Shown: positions 31,058 to 41,260, numbered from the stretch's first letter. The stretch: DNA of 64,000 nt from an uncultured Candidatus Babeliaceae bacterium (GCA_963704655.1 OY969927.1:800001-864000); one strand, 5' to 3'. Notes: generated from the sequence alone by a model not told the origin. Translations and numbers: made by a program.

Positions 31058-31449
31058 CGTGCATTCAAATTAGGGATTTTTTGTGCAAGCAAGTTATTGT
31101 ACGCCTTTATTAAAGCGCGTCTATCGGCTCGAAGATCCGCAGCTGACGCTTCAAGGTCTTTTGACTTAGATTTTGCTTTTCCGCAAGATGCGATACAGTC
31201 TTGCACATCGGCAATTAACTGGTCATGCCTTTTTTCCATAGCATCAATCTGGTCACAAAAGTCGCCACAAAATGTCGCTAAATCTTGTTTTGCGTCTTTG
31301 CTCAAAGATTTGAGTGAGTTCCTCATTTCTTGAAACGCCCTTTTGCTGCTTGTAAGTTCGGTTTGAATCTCTTGTAGCCCAGCTGCACTTATCGATAAGC
31401 ACAACATGGCAACGTTCATTACTAGAAAATAATATACTGAAATTTTCAT
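31054..31449 (-). CDS. Secreted coiled-coil protein, coupled to the autotransporter
   Basis: Signal peptide; ATGA overlap with 29177..31057. Confidence 0.7.
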   Translation of the reverse strand: MKISVYYFLVMNVAMLCLSISAAGLQEIQTELTSSKRAFQEMRNSLKSLSKDAKQDLATFCGDFCDQIDAMEKRHDQLIADVQDCIASCGKAKSKSKDLEASAADLRADRRALIKAYNNLLAQKIPNLNAR

Positions 31450-31562
31450 GAATTTTTCTCCCGCTTGAGCTCAATTGCTCAATGTTAATTTATACTGGTT
31501 TTATAAAACCTTAAAAGTATATCTCTTGTCAAGATTGTTATTAAAAGTAGTTATAAATTAAG

Positions 31563-32822
31563 CTAACTATTACTTGAACAATATTTAGTAAATATAGCCC
31601 GGACTATGGGACTTGCATCACACCCAATATTTACCTGAAAATCGTTAACGGTACCATCACCAAAATTGGGAACCAACGCGTACAAGCTCCCCTTTAAAAT
31701 AGGTGAAAATGCAACACCGTCAGAATTTACGCCTGTTGCAAATGGTGAACCAGGAATTTCTACAAAAGTACCGGAATTCGGGTCAACCTGATAAACATTC
31801 ACAGAACCTGTGGCGGATTTTGGCGATACTGGGATATACACTTTTACCGTATCGCCATAAAAGTTAGAAACCGCAGCAAGTAACGTGCCATAAACAAATG
31901 GTGAGTACGCAACTGTATTTGGTGAAGAACCCGCATCAACTGGAGATTGCGGAATTTCACTAAAATACCCAGTATCTTGATCAACTAAGTATATAGAGAC
32001 GGTGTTATCACCACTGTTGGTAACAGCAGCATAAAGTTTTCCTGAAAATTCGGGGGAAAATGATAAGCCGATAGGCGATATTCCCGTAGAAAAAGGGGCA
32101 GCAACTTGAGTAAATACGCCACTTGTTTGATCTACAGAATATACTGAAACGGTATTATCGTTCTGGTTAGTAACCGCTGCAAACATATTTCCTGATACAA
32201 CTGGCGAAAATACAATAGTATACGGCCCACTGCCGGCAGAAAATGGATTCCCTGCAACGGTCGTAAACACGCCAGTATTTGGATCAACCGTATAGACCCA
32301 AATTGTTCCATCGCCGTTATTTGCAACAGCGGCACACAACACACCAGAAGTTAGTAGTGTAAACGCAACACTATACGGCGTAACTCCTGTGGAAAATGGT
32401 TGCCCAGTAACAGTAGAAAATGCGCCCGTTAAAGTATCAACCATAAAAACACTCAACGTACTATCGTTTGCATTTGGCACCGCTGCAAAAACATTTCCTG
32501 AAACCTCTGGAGAATAGGCTAACCATGCCGGTCCTGAACCAGCACCAGAACCTGATGAAAATGGCGAGCCAGGAACCGACAAAAGCGTGCCATTTGATGT
32601 ATCAACTTGATATACAGAAACTGTTCCATCACTATAATTTGGTACTCCGGCAAAAAGATTCCCCGAAACAACGGGTGAGTAAGCAACCCACGCTGGCCCG
32701 GCGCCTGCTTGATATGGCGATTCACTCAACTGTTCAAATGTACCAACTACACACTCGGCAAAAAGCGCACTTTGCTGATTAATAAGAATTAGAAGTATAT
32801 GATAAAATTTTGAAAATTTCAT
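31563..32822 (-). CDS. Secreted beta-propeller (lactonase-like) repeat protein
   Basis: About seven repeats of GSPF..G.GP..VAYSP...FAAV.N...TVSVY.VD..TG. Confidence 0.85.
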   Translation of the reverse strand: MKFSKFYHILLILINQQSALFAECVVGTFEQLSESPYQAGAGPAWVAYSPVVSGNLFAGVPNYSDGTVSVYQVDTSNGTLLSVPGSPFSSGSGAGSGPAWLAYSPEVSGNVFAAVPNANDSTLSVFMVDTLTGAFSTVTGQPFSTGVTPYSVAFTLLTSGVLCAAVANNGDGTIWVYTVDPNTGVFTTVAGNPFSAGSGPYTIVFSPVVSGNMFAAVTNQNDNTVSVYSVDQTSGVFTQVAAPFSTGISPIGLSFSPEFSGKLYAAVTNSGDNTVSIYLVDQDTGYFSEIPQSPVDAGSSPNTVAYSPFVYGTLLAAVSNFYGDTVKVYIPVSPKSATGSVNVYQVDPNSGTFVEIPGSPFATGVNSDGVAFSPILKGSLYALVPNFGDGTVNDFQVNIGCDASPIVRAIFTKYCSSNS

Positions 32823-32838
32823 AAAACCTACAAATAAC

Positions 32839-34230
32839 TCAACAATTTTGCGTAACGGTTACTGCAACGGAGTCTGTTGTCGTGCCATTGCTATAATTTC
32901 CTACAATGTAATAGGTATAAGTAACATTTGGATTTCTATTATGATCTAAAAATACAAATGGTTCTGCCGCAACAGTGCCTGCTAAATTAGTTAACCCAGC
33001 ATCACGATAAATTGAATAACTCACGGGCAATGTGTTTCCAGAAACCGTCCACGTTAATTTATTAACAAAATCTGTTTGAGTCAGAAACCTATTTGCTATT
33101 TGGCATCCCTGCGCAACAATTTGAACTGATTCTAGCGCTATAACATTCACGACATTAGATGTGTAATTCGTAACATACGCATATTCACCATCAGGCGAAA
33201 TTGCAATTGCATCAGGAGATTGTCCAACCACTATTGTTAGAGGGAGTAACGTATTAGTTGCGATGTCGATAATGTTAACGGTGCCCTGCCCAGCCACCAA
33301 ACTACTAAAGTATGTGGTAGTGTAAAGAGTATTATAATTAGTTGCGTATGCATAACGTCCATCGGGCGTAATAGCAATACCGGCAGGCTGTATTCCAAGA
33401 TCAATAGTTGCTGCAATAGTATTATTTTCAAGATCAACAGCGCTTACTGTTGTGCCGTAAGGAAAGAAATTATTGCTGCCAAAGTTTGTCACGTAGGCGT
33501 ATTGACCGTTTGGTGTAATTGCAATTGCAAAAGGACCTGAAAAACCTAAAATGGTTGTTGTAACCAGATTGCTGGTGGTATCTACAACATCAACAGTGCC
33601 CTGGCCGGGGTTGCCACTGGTATAATTAGCAACATAAAGATGTTTCCCATCAGGTGCCATAGCCAACACCGCAGGAGCAAGATCTGTGACAATAGGCGCA
33701 CCGATAATCATGTTCGTATTCAAATCTACAACACGTATTGTTGTGCCGTTACCACTAAGAACACCTTCAGGACCGCCATAATTATTGACATATGCAGTGT
33801 TTCCATCAGGAGTTATAACAAAACCTGATGGGCCATCAAACCCAGTAATTAAACCGGTAACTGAATTAGAAAGTAAATCAATAATAGAGACCGTTGTGTA
33901 ATTACTGTTGGTTACATATGCTTTTGTTCCAGCAGCATTTATAGTTACCGTATAAGGCTGATTAAAAGTGGTACTTGTAATAGTTTGTTCAAGGGTATTA
34001 TTCATGAGATTTAATACACTCACACTGTCTGAGCCAGGAATTCCATAATTATTATTGTTTGCAACATAGGCAAAACGATTATCAGGTGTAATGGCAAGAC
34101 CAGCCGGAGTGACTCCCACATTAATAGTTGCAACAACCTCATTAGGTGTCATAGAATGCAACAATACTGTTGCTCCACATGACAAAAAACAAACTAAGTA
34201 ACGTAACAATTTTATCATGAGTATCTCCAA
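32839..34230 (-). CDS. YncE/YVTN beta-propeller protein with a C-terminal FnIII-like domain
   Basis: Repeated IAITPDG..AYVTN motifs; C-terminal LTW...YSIYRD...FLDHNR...YTYYIV. Confidence 0.88.
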   Translation of the reverse strand: MEILMIKLLRYLVCFLSCGATVLLHSMTPNEVVATINVGVTPAGLAITPDNRFAYVANNNNYGIPGSDSVSVLNLMNNTLEQTITSTTFNQPYTVTINAAGTKAYVTNSNYTTVSIIDLLSNSVTGLITGFDGPSGFVITPDGNTAYVNNYGGPEGVLSGNGTTIRVVDLNTNMIIGAPIVTDLAPAVLAMAPDGKHLYVANYTSGNPGQGTVDVVDTTSNLVTTTILGFSGPFAIAITPNGQYAYVTNFGSNNFFPYGTTVSAVDLENNTIAATIDLGIQPAGIAITPDGRYAYATNYNTLYTTTYFSSLVAGQGTVNIIDIATNTLLPLTIVVGQSPDAIAISPDGEYAYVTNYTSNVVNVIALESVQIVAQGCQIANRFLTQTDFVNKLTWTVSGNTLPVSYSIYRDAGLTNLAGTVAAEPFVFLDHNRNPNVTYTYYIVGNYSNGTTTDSVAVTVTQNC

Positions 34231-34417
34231 AAAATTTACTAAGCTAAGATTTTGCTTAGTAAACTCTAGAAAGTCTTAACAATGTATGTCAATAAATAAT
34301 TTTAAAATCAAGATGAAAAGCTAAATCCCCTTCGGGCAATATCTTGTTTTTCTAAGAACGACGGTTCTATTTTAATCAGTAGATTGTTTAATTTTTTTTT
34401 TAATCAGGAGAACAAGT

Positions 34418-35086
34418 ATGTTCAAGAAATTATTATTAACATTACTATTTGTAGCCACGGCTAAAACGAACTGCATGGCAGATCAAAGCGAAGAAGCAGA
34501 ATCAAAAAGCCGTAAATGCAAAACATTCCAAAATTTAAATGTATGTAAGAATCTTAACGTTGGCGGAACAGTAACGGCCAATAACTTTATGACTTCATCT
34601 GGCCAACTATTTGGTGGTATTCGCAATTATGCTGTGTTAACTAACCAGGCAGAAGTAATTTCAGGCGATAACATTCTTTGGGCCGAAACACCTGCAAGCA
34701 ACTTGTCTTCAGGTATCAGTTTTAACGCAACCACAGGTTCTATAACTCTTCCAACATCAGGACTTTTCCTTGTACAATACACAGTAAGATTTACAAGAAC
34801 CCCATATGATGGCACTTCTATTGCAACAGCACAATTACAGCAAACAGTTGCAGGAACACCTACGAATATAACCCAGCCAGCTATTACTACCTATCTTGGA
34901 ATAGACGGCATAACTTTCACTGTCCCACAATCCAATGCTTTAGTGACAGGCTACGCTCTTGTGAGTGTAACATCATCAGCAAACAATACCCTTAATTTAG
35001 TAGCTACATTTGATGACAATGCCACCCTTCCTGCAACTACAGGCACAGACGCAAATGCGGAAATGGTAATATTGCAACTTAACTAA
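34418..35086 (+). CDS. Secreted protein with a BclA-C/C1q-like beta-sandwich domain, copy 1
   Basis: Signal peptide; TGSITLPTSGLFLVQYTV; terminal NAEMVILQLN. Confidence 0.7.
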   Translation: MFKKLLLTLLFVATAKTNCMADQSEEAESKSRKCKTFQNLNVCKNLNVGGTVTANNFMTSSGQLFGGIRNYAVLTNQAEVISGDNILWAETPASNLSSGISFNATTGSITLPTSGLFLVQYTVRFTRTPYDGTSIATAQLQQTVAGTPTNITQPAITTYLGIDGITFTVPQSNALVTGYALVSVTSSANNTLNLVATFDDNATLPATTGTDANAEMVILQLN

Positions 35087-35133
35087 AAAAAAATGTAGAT
35101 TGTTTAATTCTTTTTTTAATCAGGAGAACAAGT

Positions 35134-35802
35134 ATGTTCAAGAAATTATTATTAACATTACTATTTGTAGCCACGGCTAAAGCGAACTGCATGGCAGATC
35201 AAAGCGAAGAAGCAGAATCAAAAAGCCGTAAATGCAAAACATTCCAAAATTTAAATGTATGTAAGAATCTTAACGTTGGCGGAACAGTAACGGCCAATAA
35301 CTTTATGACTTCATCTGGCCAACTATTTGGTGGTATTCGCAATTATGCTGTGTTAACTAACCAGGCAGAAGTAATTTCAGGCGATAACATTCTTTGGGCC
35401 GAAACACCTACAAGCAACTTGTCTTCAGGTATCAGTTTTAATGCAACCACAGGTTCTATAACTCTTCCAACATCAGGACTTTTCCTTGTACAATACACAG
35501 TAAGATTTACAAGAACCCCATATGATGGCACTTCTATTGCAACAGCACAATTACAGCAAACAGTTGCAGGAACACCTACGAATATAACCCAGCCAGCTAT
35601 TACTACCTATCTTGGGATAGACGGCACAACTGGCGATATCCCGCAATCTAATGCTTTAGCAACAGGCTACGCTCTTGTGAGCGTAACATCATCAACAAAC
35701 AATACTCTTAATTTAGTAGCTACATTTGATGATAATGCAACGCTTCCTGCAACTACAGGCACAGATGCAAATGCGCAAATAGTAATATTACAACTTAACT
35801 AA
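35134..35802 (+). CDS. Secreted protein with a BclA-C/C1q-like beta-sandwich domain, copy 2
   Basis: Near-identical tandem duplicate of copy 1, including the RBS region. Confidence 0.7.
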   Translation: MFKKLLLTLLFVATAKANCMADQSEEAESKSRKCKTFQNLNVCKNLNVGGTVTANNFMTSSGQLFGGIRNYAVLTNQAEVISGDNILWAETPTSNLSSGISFNATTGSITLPTSGLFLVQYTVRFTRTPYDGTSIATAQLQQTVAGTPTNITQPAITTYLGIDGTTGDIPQSNALATGYALVSVTSSTNNTLNLVATFDDNATLPATTGTDANAQIVILQLN

Positions 35803-35897
35803 AAAAAACTTAGATCTTAAACTATAAGGGCCCTGTATTTTTATGCAGGGCTTTTTTTATTTGACAATAAAAACAAATAAGAGCAAAATTCCTAATT

Positions 35898-36611
35898 ATG
35901 GAAAGAATGACCTTACGACAACAACAATTTTTTGCCGCTCTGCCCGATTCTTGGAAAAAGCCTTTAGAAGATGTTTGTAAAAGAACAGAAATTGATGCGC
36001 TCCTACAATTTTTACAAGAGCGTGAATCTGCTGGTGCAAAAATTTATCCTGCAAAACAGAATATATTTGCTGCATTAAAAGCAACGCCATTTAATGATGT
36101 AAGTGTAGTAATTGTTGGACAAGATCCCTATCACGGCCCGGGCCAGGCACATGGATTAAGCTTTAGTGTTCCGCCAGGCGTTCCACAACCGCCCTCTTTG
36201 CGCAATATCTTTAAAGAGCTGCATAAAGATATCGGCATGCCTATTCCGGCACATGGCACTTTAACCGGCTGGGCACAACAAGGCGTGTTATTGCTTAATG
36301 CAATTTTAACCGTTGAAGATGGCAAACCGGCAAGTCATGCAAAACATGGCTGGGAAATTTTTACTGACGCTGTTATTGAACAGCTTATTAAACGCAAACA
36401 CCCGCTTGTTTTAATGCTCTGGGGCGCATACGCTCAGAAAAAAGTTGAACATTTGCATATGCACATCGACCCTTCACGCCATTTAATCTTAAAAGCGGCA
36501 CACCCATCACCACTTTCAGTAACCAAATTTTTAGGCTGCCGCCACTTTTCACAAGCTAATGCCTTTTTAAAAAAGCATAACGAGCCAGAAATTAATTGGG
36601 CAGATTTGTAG
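35898..36611 (+). CDS. ung: Uracil-DNA glycosylase family 1
   Basis: GQDPYH, GLSFSV, HPSPLS. Confidence 0.97.
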   Translation: MERMTLRQQQFFAALPDSWKKPLEDVCKRTEIDALLQFLQERESAGAKIYPAKQNIFAALKATPFNDVSVVIVGQDPYHGPGQAHGLSFSVPPGVPQPPSLRNIFKELHKDIGMPIPAHGTLTGWAQQGVLLLNAILTVEDGKPASHAKHGWEIFTDAVIEQLIKRKHPLVLMLWGAYAQKKVEHLHMHIDPSRHLILKAAHPSPLSVTKFLGCRHFSQANAFLKKHNEPEINWADL

Positions 36612-36616
36612 TTACC

Positions 36617-37513
36617 TTAATAACTATATCGCCCTTTTTTTGCAGCTTTTTCTTCCGCTAAGATATCACCTATTAACCCATACGCATCGTCATATGACAG
36701 CCCCTGCCACCGTATCCCGCGTTTATTCAGGATATCTATCTGAGCACCTGAAATCGGTCTAACAGGAGTAGGTTGTGCTTGTTGCACCGGCGCTAAAGCT
36801 GGAAAGTGCGCTATTAAATGTGCCTTTTGCGTTGCATCAAACCGATATCCACCACCAAACATATTTGAAAGTAATGTTTTAAAATAAGCATTTTTTTCAT
36901 AGAGCTTTGGCATCAAATTTCTCTTCCAAGCATCCAATTGATTTTTTGATGTATCAGCCAATTCGTGAATATATGCCTTAAAAATATCTTCCTGCATACT
37001 TAAAAAATTATTCTTATATTTTTCTGCAATCTCTTTTGATTTAATCCTTACTATATTTTCATTATTTACACTTGTCCGCGCATGACCTAAAGCACTTGCT
37101 GTTAGATTCGCTGAACCTGTCCATACATCTTCATCATCAATAATAATAAATTTATTATGCATTTTATTTTCATCGCCGTATGGTGATACAATCGGAACAA
37201 TGCCTGCGCTTAAAAATCTTTCCAATAAATTATCGCTATTAGATGTTTTACTATCATAGATAACTTGAACATCAACACCGCGAGCTTTTAAAAGTATAAG
37301 TTCATTAATAACTGGTTGGCTCGTTAACCAATATGAAGCAACAATAACTTTTTCTTTTGCTGTGTCAAACGATCGCAGCAATTCTCTTTGAAAAAGATTT
37401 GTATCATCGGGTATAAAATATACATTAACATCTGCAGGTACAGCGTTGAGTAACCCAAAAACCAACAAACAGAAAAATAGTACATTGTGTCTTAAAAAAT
37501 ATTTATTAGCCAT
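36617..37513 (-). CDS. Secreted phospholipase D/Nuc-like protein with a single HKD motif
   Basis: MHNKFIIIDDEDVWTGSANLT...NNEN; signal peptide. Confidence 0.88.
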   Translation of the reverse strand: MANKYFLRHNVLFFCLLVFGLLNAVPADVNVYFIPDDTNLFQRELLRSFDTAKEKVIVASYWLTSQPVINELILLKARGVDVQVIYDSKTSNSDNLLERFLSAGIVPIVSPYGDENKMHNKFIIIDDEDVWTGSANLTASALGHARTSVNNENIVRIKSKEIAEKYKNNFLSMQEDIFKAYIHELADTSKNQLDAWKRNLMPKLYEKNAYFKTLLSNMFGGGYRFDATQKAHLIAHFPALAPVQQAQPTPVRPISGAQIDILNKRGIRWQGLSYDDAYGLIGDILAEEKAAKKGRYSY

Positions 37514-37553
37514 AAAGCGCCTTTCTTTATTTATTATGAGATAAAAATCACTA

Positions 37554-39413
37554 TCAACTAAATGCAGCTGCCTGCCTAATTGGCCTTAAAAGACGATGAT
37601 AAACATAGGGCTCCCCATCTTTTTCACCAAAGGTATATTCTGCTCTGCAGTTCTGTTCTGCGCCTGTGGTAAGATTTTTGCGAGTAACTTCAGCAATAAG
37701 TTCATCTTCCGCCTCTGAAGAACCATCTTTCATAAAAGGAACAAGCTCCCCCACATATTGAATAACATAATCAAGCATCTGGGCAAAAGTATGATGCTCT
37801 ATGGTACTTTTTGCCAATTTCATCGCTTTTTTACCTTGTCCCTGCCTTTTTAAAATACGTTCATGATAACGAAGGCCCTTAATTTCTGCATAATTACGAT
37901 TAAGATCCGCTTTTGCCTTAACAATAAGCTCTTCATCTTGCTGCGGGTCCTCGATAACAAATATTTTATTTATTGGATCAATTTTACTCACAGAGCTACC
38001 ATCATCTACTTTGAAATTGTTGTTCCATTCTTTTGTGGTAATAGCAAATGGATCTTGCTCAGGCACTTTTGCAAATTGGCTAGAAGATTCGCCTTGCGTA
38101 ACTAGCGCAGGCTCTTCAAGAGTGGCCTTTTCTTTGCCTTTTTTTGATTTAGTTTTTTTCTTTTCTTCTTCTTGCAATAATTGCTGTTCTGCCCGCTCGG
38201 CTTTAATCTTTTTTATTGCTGGAAATAACTCATCCGTATCTAAATATATATCATCAAACTTATTCTTAGACTCTTCTATGAGCTTGAAACCTTCATTTTC
38301 ATTTTTATTTACACCAATACCAAAAAGGCGCATGTACCCGCGCGTTAAAATTACAGATCTTTGCGTGTTGTCAGTATCATTATAAATTTTTTTGAAATAC
38401 TCTTGTGCTTTTGCCTCATCTTTTTCAACACCAAACCCATAATGATATGCTATGGCTAGTTGCAATAGACCAATCGGCAGAATATCTATTTTGTTTGCTT
38501 CCGCTTGTTCAAGTATACGGATACCCTCTTGTTGTTCACCTTGTGTAATAAGTATCGTGCTATATAAAAATGCTGCTAAGTAATCTATTTTTGCCAGCTC
38601 TTTAAGCGATCCTTTTGCAGCTTGAGTATCGCCAACTATTTTTTTAGTCCATATTAGGCGCGCAATATGCGCCTTACCGCGTGCGCTATTTGCTTTCTCA
38701 AAATATTCACGGGCCTTAACTATGTTCGGTTTATGATCATTAAAGCCTTTTTCAGCCAAAAGGCCCAATCCAATGCATGCCAATTCGTAATTGTGAAAGG
38801 ATCGAATATGCTTTTCTGCAGGTAAATTTATAACCCTTAAAAACAAATCATGCGCTTTTTGTAAATCTTGTGGTATAACTTCATTTCCTTTGAAAAACTC
38901 AACAGCTAAATTGTAAATCCCCAGGGGATTATTTTTTGATGCCAATTTTTGATAATACTCAACAGCTGTTTTAACATCTTTTGGACCACCCTTCCCTTCA
39001 TTTAAAAGCTTGGCTAAATTGCTCATCGCATCATCTTCATAAGCAGTATGCATATCAATTGCTACTAGATAGTATTTTCTAGCCCTTCTATAATCTTTAT
39101 TTTCTTGATATTCAAATCCTAGATTATAGTTTTGTTCTAGAAATCCATGCGCTACAGCTTCAGACATATATCTTAATTTCTTATCTTTATCATTTTCTTT
39201 TATAGCCAAATCAGCCAAACGATTATAAGCATCAGGAATCCGATCACGCACCTGAAGAAGCATTCTTTCCGCTTCTGGCAAACTGTTATTACCCGCTATT
39301 AACATAGTCGCAAAATTATATATATATTCAGGATTGGCATCTGGGCCCGGATATCTAAAAAGTGCTGTGATTGAAGTAAAAGATAAAACTAGCAATACGA
39401 TTAAATAGTTCAT
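37554..39413 (-). CDS. Secreted SEL1-repeat protein with a conserved C-terminal domain; paralog of 55247..57163
   Basis: GKGGPKD..A..YY and GFGVEKD..KA SEL1 repeats; Lys-rich linker; terminal VYHRLLRP. Confidence 0.85.
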   Translation of the reverse strand: MNYLIVLLVLSFTSITALFRYPGPDANPEYIYNFATMLIAGNNSLPEAERMLLQVRDRIPDAYNRLADLAIKENDKDKKLRYMSEAVAHGFLEQNYNLGFEYQENKDYRRARKYYLVAIDMHTAYEDDAMSNLAKLLNEGKGGPKDVKTAVEYYQKLASKNNPLGIYNLAVEFFKGNEVIPQDLQKAHDLFLRVINLPAEKHIRSFHNYELACIGLGLLAEKGFNDHKPNIVKAREYFEKANSARGKAHIARLIWTKKIVGDTQAAKGSLKELAKIDYLAAFLYSTILITQGEQQEGIRILEQAEANKIDILPIGLLQLAIAYHYGFGVEKDEAKAQEYFKKIYNDTDNTQRSVILTRGYMRLFGIGVNKNENEGFKLIEESKNKFDDIYLDTDELFPAIKKIKAERAEQQLLQEEEKKKTKSKKGKEKATLEEPALVTQGESSSQFAKVPEQDPFAITTKEWNNNFKVDDGSSVSKIDPINKIFVIEDPQQDEELIVKAKADLNRNYAEIKGLRYHERILKRQGQGKKAMKLAKSTIEHHTFAQMLDYVIQYVGELVPFMKDGSSEAEDELIAEVTRKNLTTGAEQNCRAEYTFGEKDGEPYVYHRLLRPIRQAAAFS

Positions 39414-39728
39414 ATATTATCCCTAAACAATAAATGCAGAGTTTTTATATCTTTCCTATTTAATCATTTAAATGCATTTACAGTCTATAAACGATGAAAT
39501 TATCATGAGAAGCCCTTATAAAAACCCTTGAACAGCTGCAGGCTCTTGGCAAAGATCAACTTTAAGCCTTTTTACGCCATTTATTTTTTATTCAATTTAT
39601 TATATAATAAGCCATATATGTGCCCAGCCTTCGCTTATCCACGCCATCGGGCTTGGTAAGTTATGCCCGGCACAGCCATAGCTTCCAGCTGGATCATCCA
39701 GCTTAAAACAGATATCCTTGATAACAAT

Positions 39729-39805
39729 GTGCCCATAGCTCAGCTGGATAGAGCAACGGATTTCTAATCCGTAGGTCGTAGGTTCGAATCCTACTGGGCA
39801 CACCA
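39729..39805 (+). tRNA. tRNA-Arg (anticodon TCT)
   Basis: GTGCCCA/TGGGCAC acceptor stem, D-arm AGCTCAGCTGGATAGAGC, anticodon arm ACGGA-TTTCTAA-TCCGT, GGTTCGAATCC, encoded CCA. Confidence 0.97.
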
Positions 39806-41260
39806 ATTTCCAGTTTTTGCAGTTTCCATCACCACCCCAAATACGGGTTTAAGCTCCACGTCGATCTTTCCATCATTATAAGAACAGTTGGATGTTAAGA
39901 GCTCAATTATTCTTCTTTTAGCTGCAGCATTTCCATTTTTAAACAGCTCAGCCGCATTTTTCGCAAGTTCGATGATAAAGCGTGCATTTTCAAGATATTG
40001 TGTATCTGCCTTTTGAACAGCCAATAATTTTGTTAGCAGTTCTTCTTTTTCTGCCGACCATTTTTGAGAATTGGTCTTCCAGAATTCTTCACTGATTTTG
40101 CCATCGAGCTTATCTAAATAGACCTGATCGATTCTATTTTGTAATAAGCGTATCTGTTTTTCAAGCTGGGCAACCAAGCTATTATGGTATTCAATTTTGT
40201 CTTTTAAACTTTCACGAATTCCCTGTAAAATTATCTCTTGGTTTTCACTGGATACGTATAGGTTATCAACTATTATCGTAAATTGTTCTTCGATAGCTTC
40301 CTGTCGTATATATTCTTTCTTGCAGTTTCCTTTTGAAGTCGTGCAATAGTAATAAATATACTTATCCTTTTTAAGATCAGCTGTGAGCATACAGCCACAT
40401 TTGCTGCATTTTATAAGATTGGTGTAGGGAAATATCCCTTTCTTTGACTTGCTTTTACGTGGATTAAGAAGAACTTCCTGAACGCGTTGAAAGAGCTCCT
40501 TGCTCACCAATGGTTCATGGGAAGCATTTTCATATTTTTTGCCATTCCAGTAAAAAACACCCGTATAGAATTCATTTTTAAGGATAGTTTCAACTTTGCT
40601 GGTGTAGAAGTTTTTGCCATTACGATAAACCATCCCATCAGCTAACATCTTCTTGCGCAAAGACAGAAGAGAGTATGATCCAGTAGCATACAGTTCAAAC
40701 ATTTTCTTAACATATGGTGCTGTCTGTGGATCTACTAAGATGACCTTTTTGTCGCCTTTAAAGGTGTTAATATAACCATAAGGAGCTGTTGAAGGGTATG
40801 TTCCTTGAGCTGCTTTTTCAGTCATGCCTTTTTTAACTTCTTCTGATAGATTATCAATGTGATTTTTAGCCATAAGTGCTTTGATTCCAAAAATGAATTT
40901 CTCATTAGAACGTGCTTCTTTGCTAAGTATTACGTTCTCTTTAACAAGATGAATCCTTATATCACAGTCTTGTACGAGACGTTCCAGTAAGGCGTAATCG
41001 AACATGTTTCGTAAAAGTCGATCTGTTTTTTCTACTAAAAGATGCTTAACTGATCTGTTTTCATCAAAGAAAGCGAGCATTTTATTAAATTCTGTACGCC
41101 CAGCCTTTTTTGCAGTTTCTGCGTTAGCAAATTCTTTTACAATCGTATAATTGTTTTTAGCGGCATATTCATGTAGAACTTTAAGCTGCGCAGGGATCGA
41201 GAAACCTTCGACTTCTTGGTCTTTTGATGAAACTCGGGCGTAGATGACGGCTTTATTCAT
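39791..41260 (-). CDS. Large serine recombinase (integrase)
   Basis: YARVSS catalytic motif, DRLLR, recombinase domain APYGY, zinc ribbon CSKCG...YYYC...C. Confidence 0.95.
   Translation of the reverse strand: MNKAVIYARVSSKDQEVEGFSIPAQLKVLHEYAAKNNYTIVKEFANAETAKKAGRTEFNKMLAFFDENRSVKHLLVEKTDRLLRNMFDYALLERLVQDCDIRIHLVKENVILSKEARSNEKFIFGIKALMAKNHIDNLSEEVKKGMTEKAAQGTYPSTAPYGYINTFKGDKKVILVDPQTAPYVKKMFELYATGSYSLLSLRKKMLADGMVYRNGKNFYTSKVETILKNEFYTGVFYWNGKKYENASHEPLVSKELFQRVQEVLLNPRKSKSKKGIFPYTNLIKCSKCGCMLTADLKKDKYIYYYCTTSKGNCKKEYIRQEAIEEQFTIIVDNLYVSSENQEIILQGIRESLKDKIEYHNSLVAQLEKQIRLLQNRIDQVYLDKLDGKISEEFWKTNSQKWSAEKEELLTKLLAVQKADTQYLENARFIIELAKNAAELFKNGNAAAKRRIIELLTSNCSYNDGKIDVELKPVFGVVMETAKTGNWCAQ

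Noticed and set aside
34418-35802. Diversity-generating retroelement TR/VR pair
   Set aside because: Differences are not adenine-specific, both copies are full genes, and there is no reverse transcriptase in the window.
39600-39806. 68-aa ORF MVCPVGFEPTT
   Set aside because: Antisense translation of the tRNA gene.
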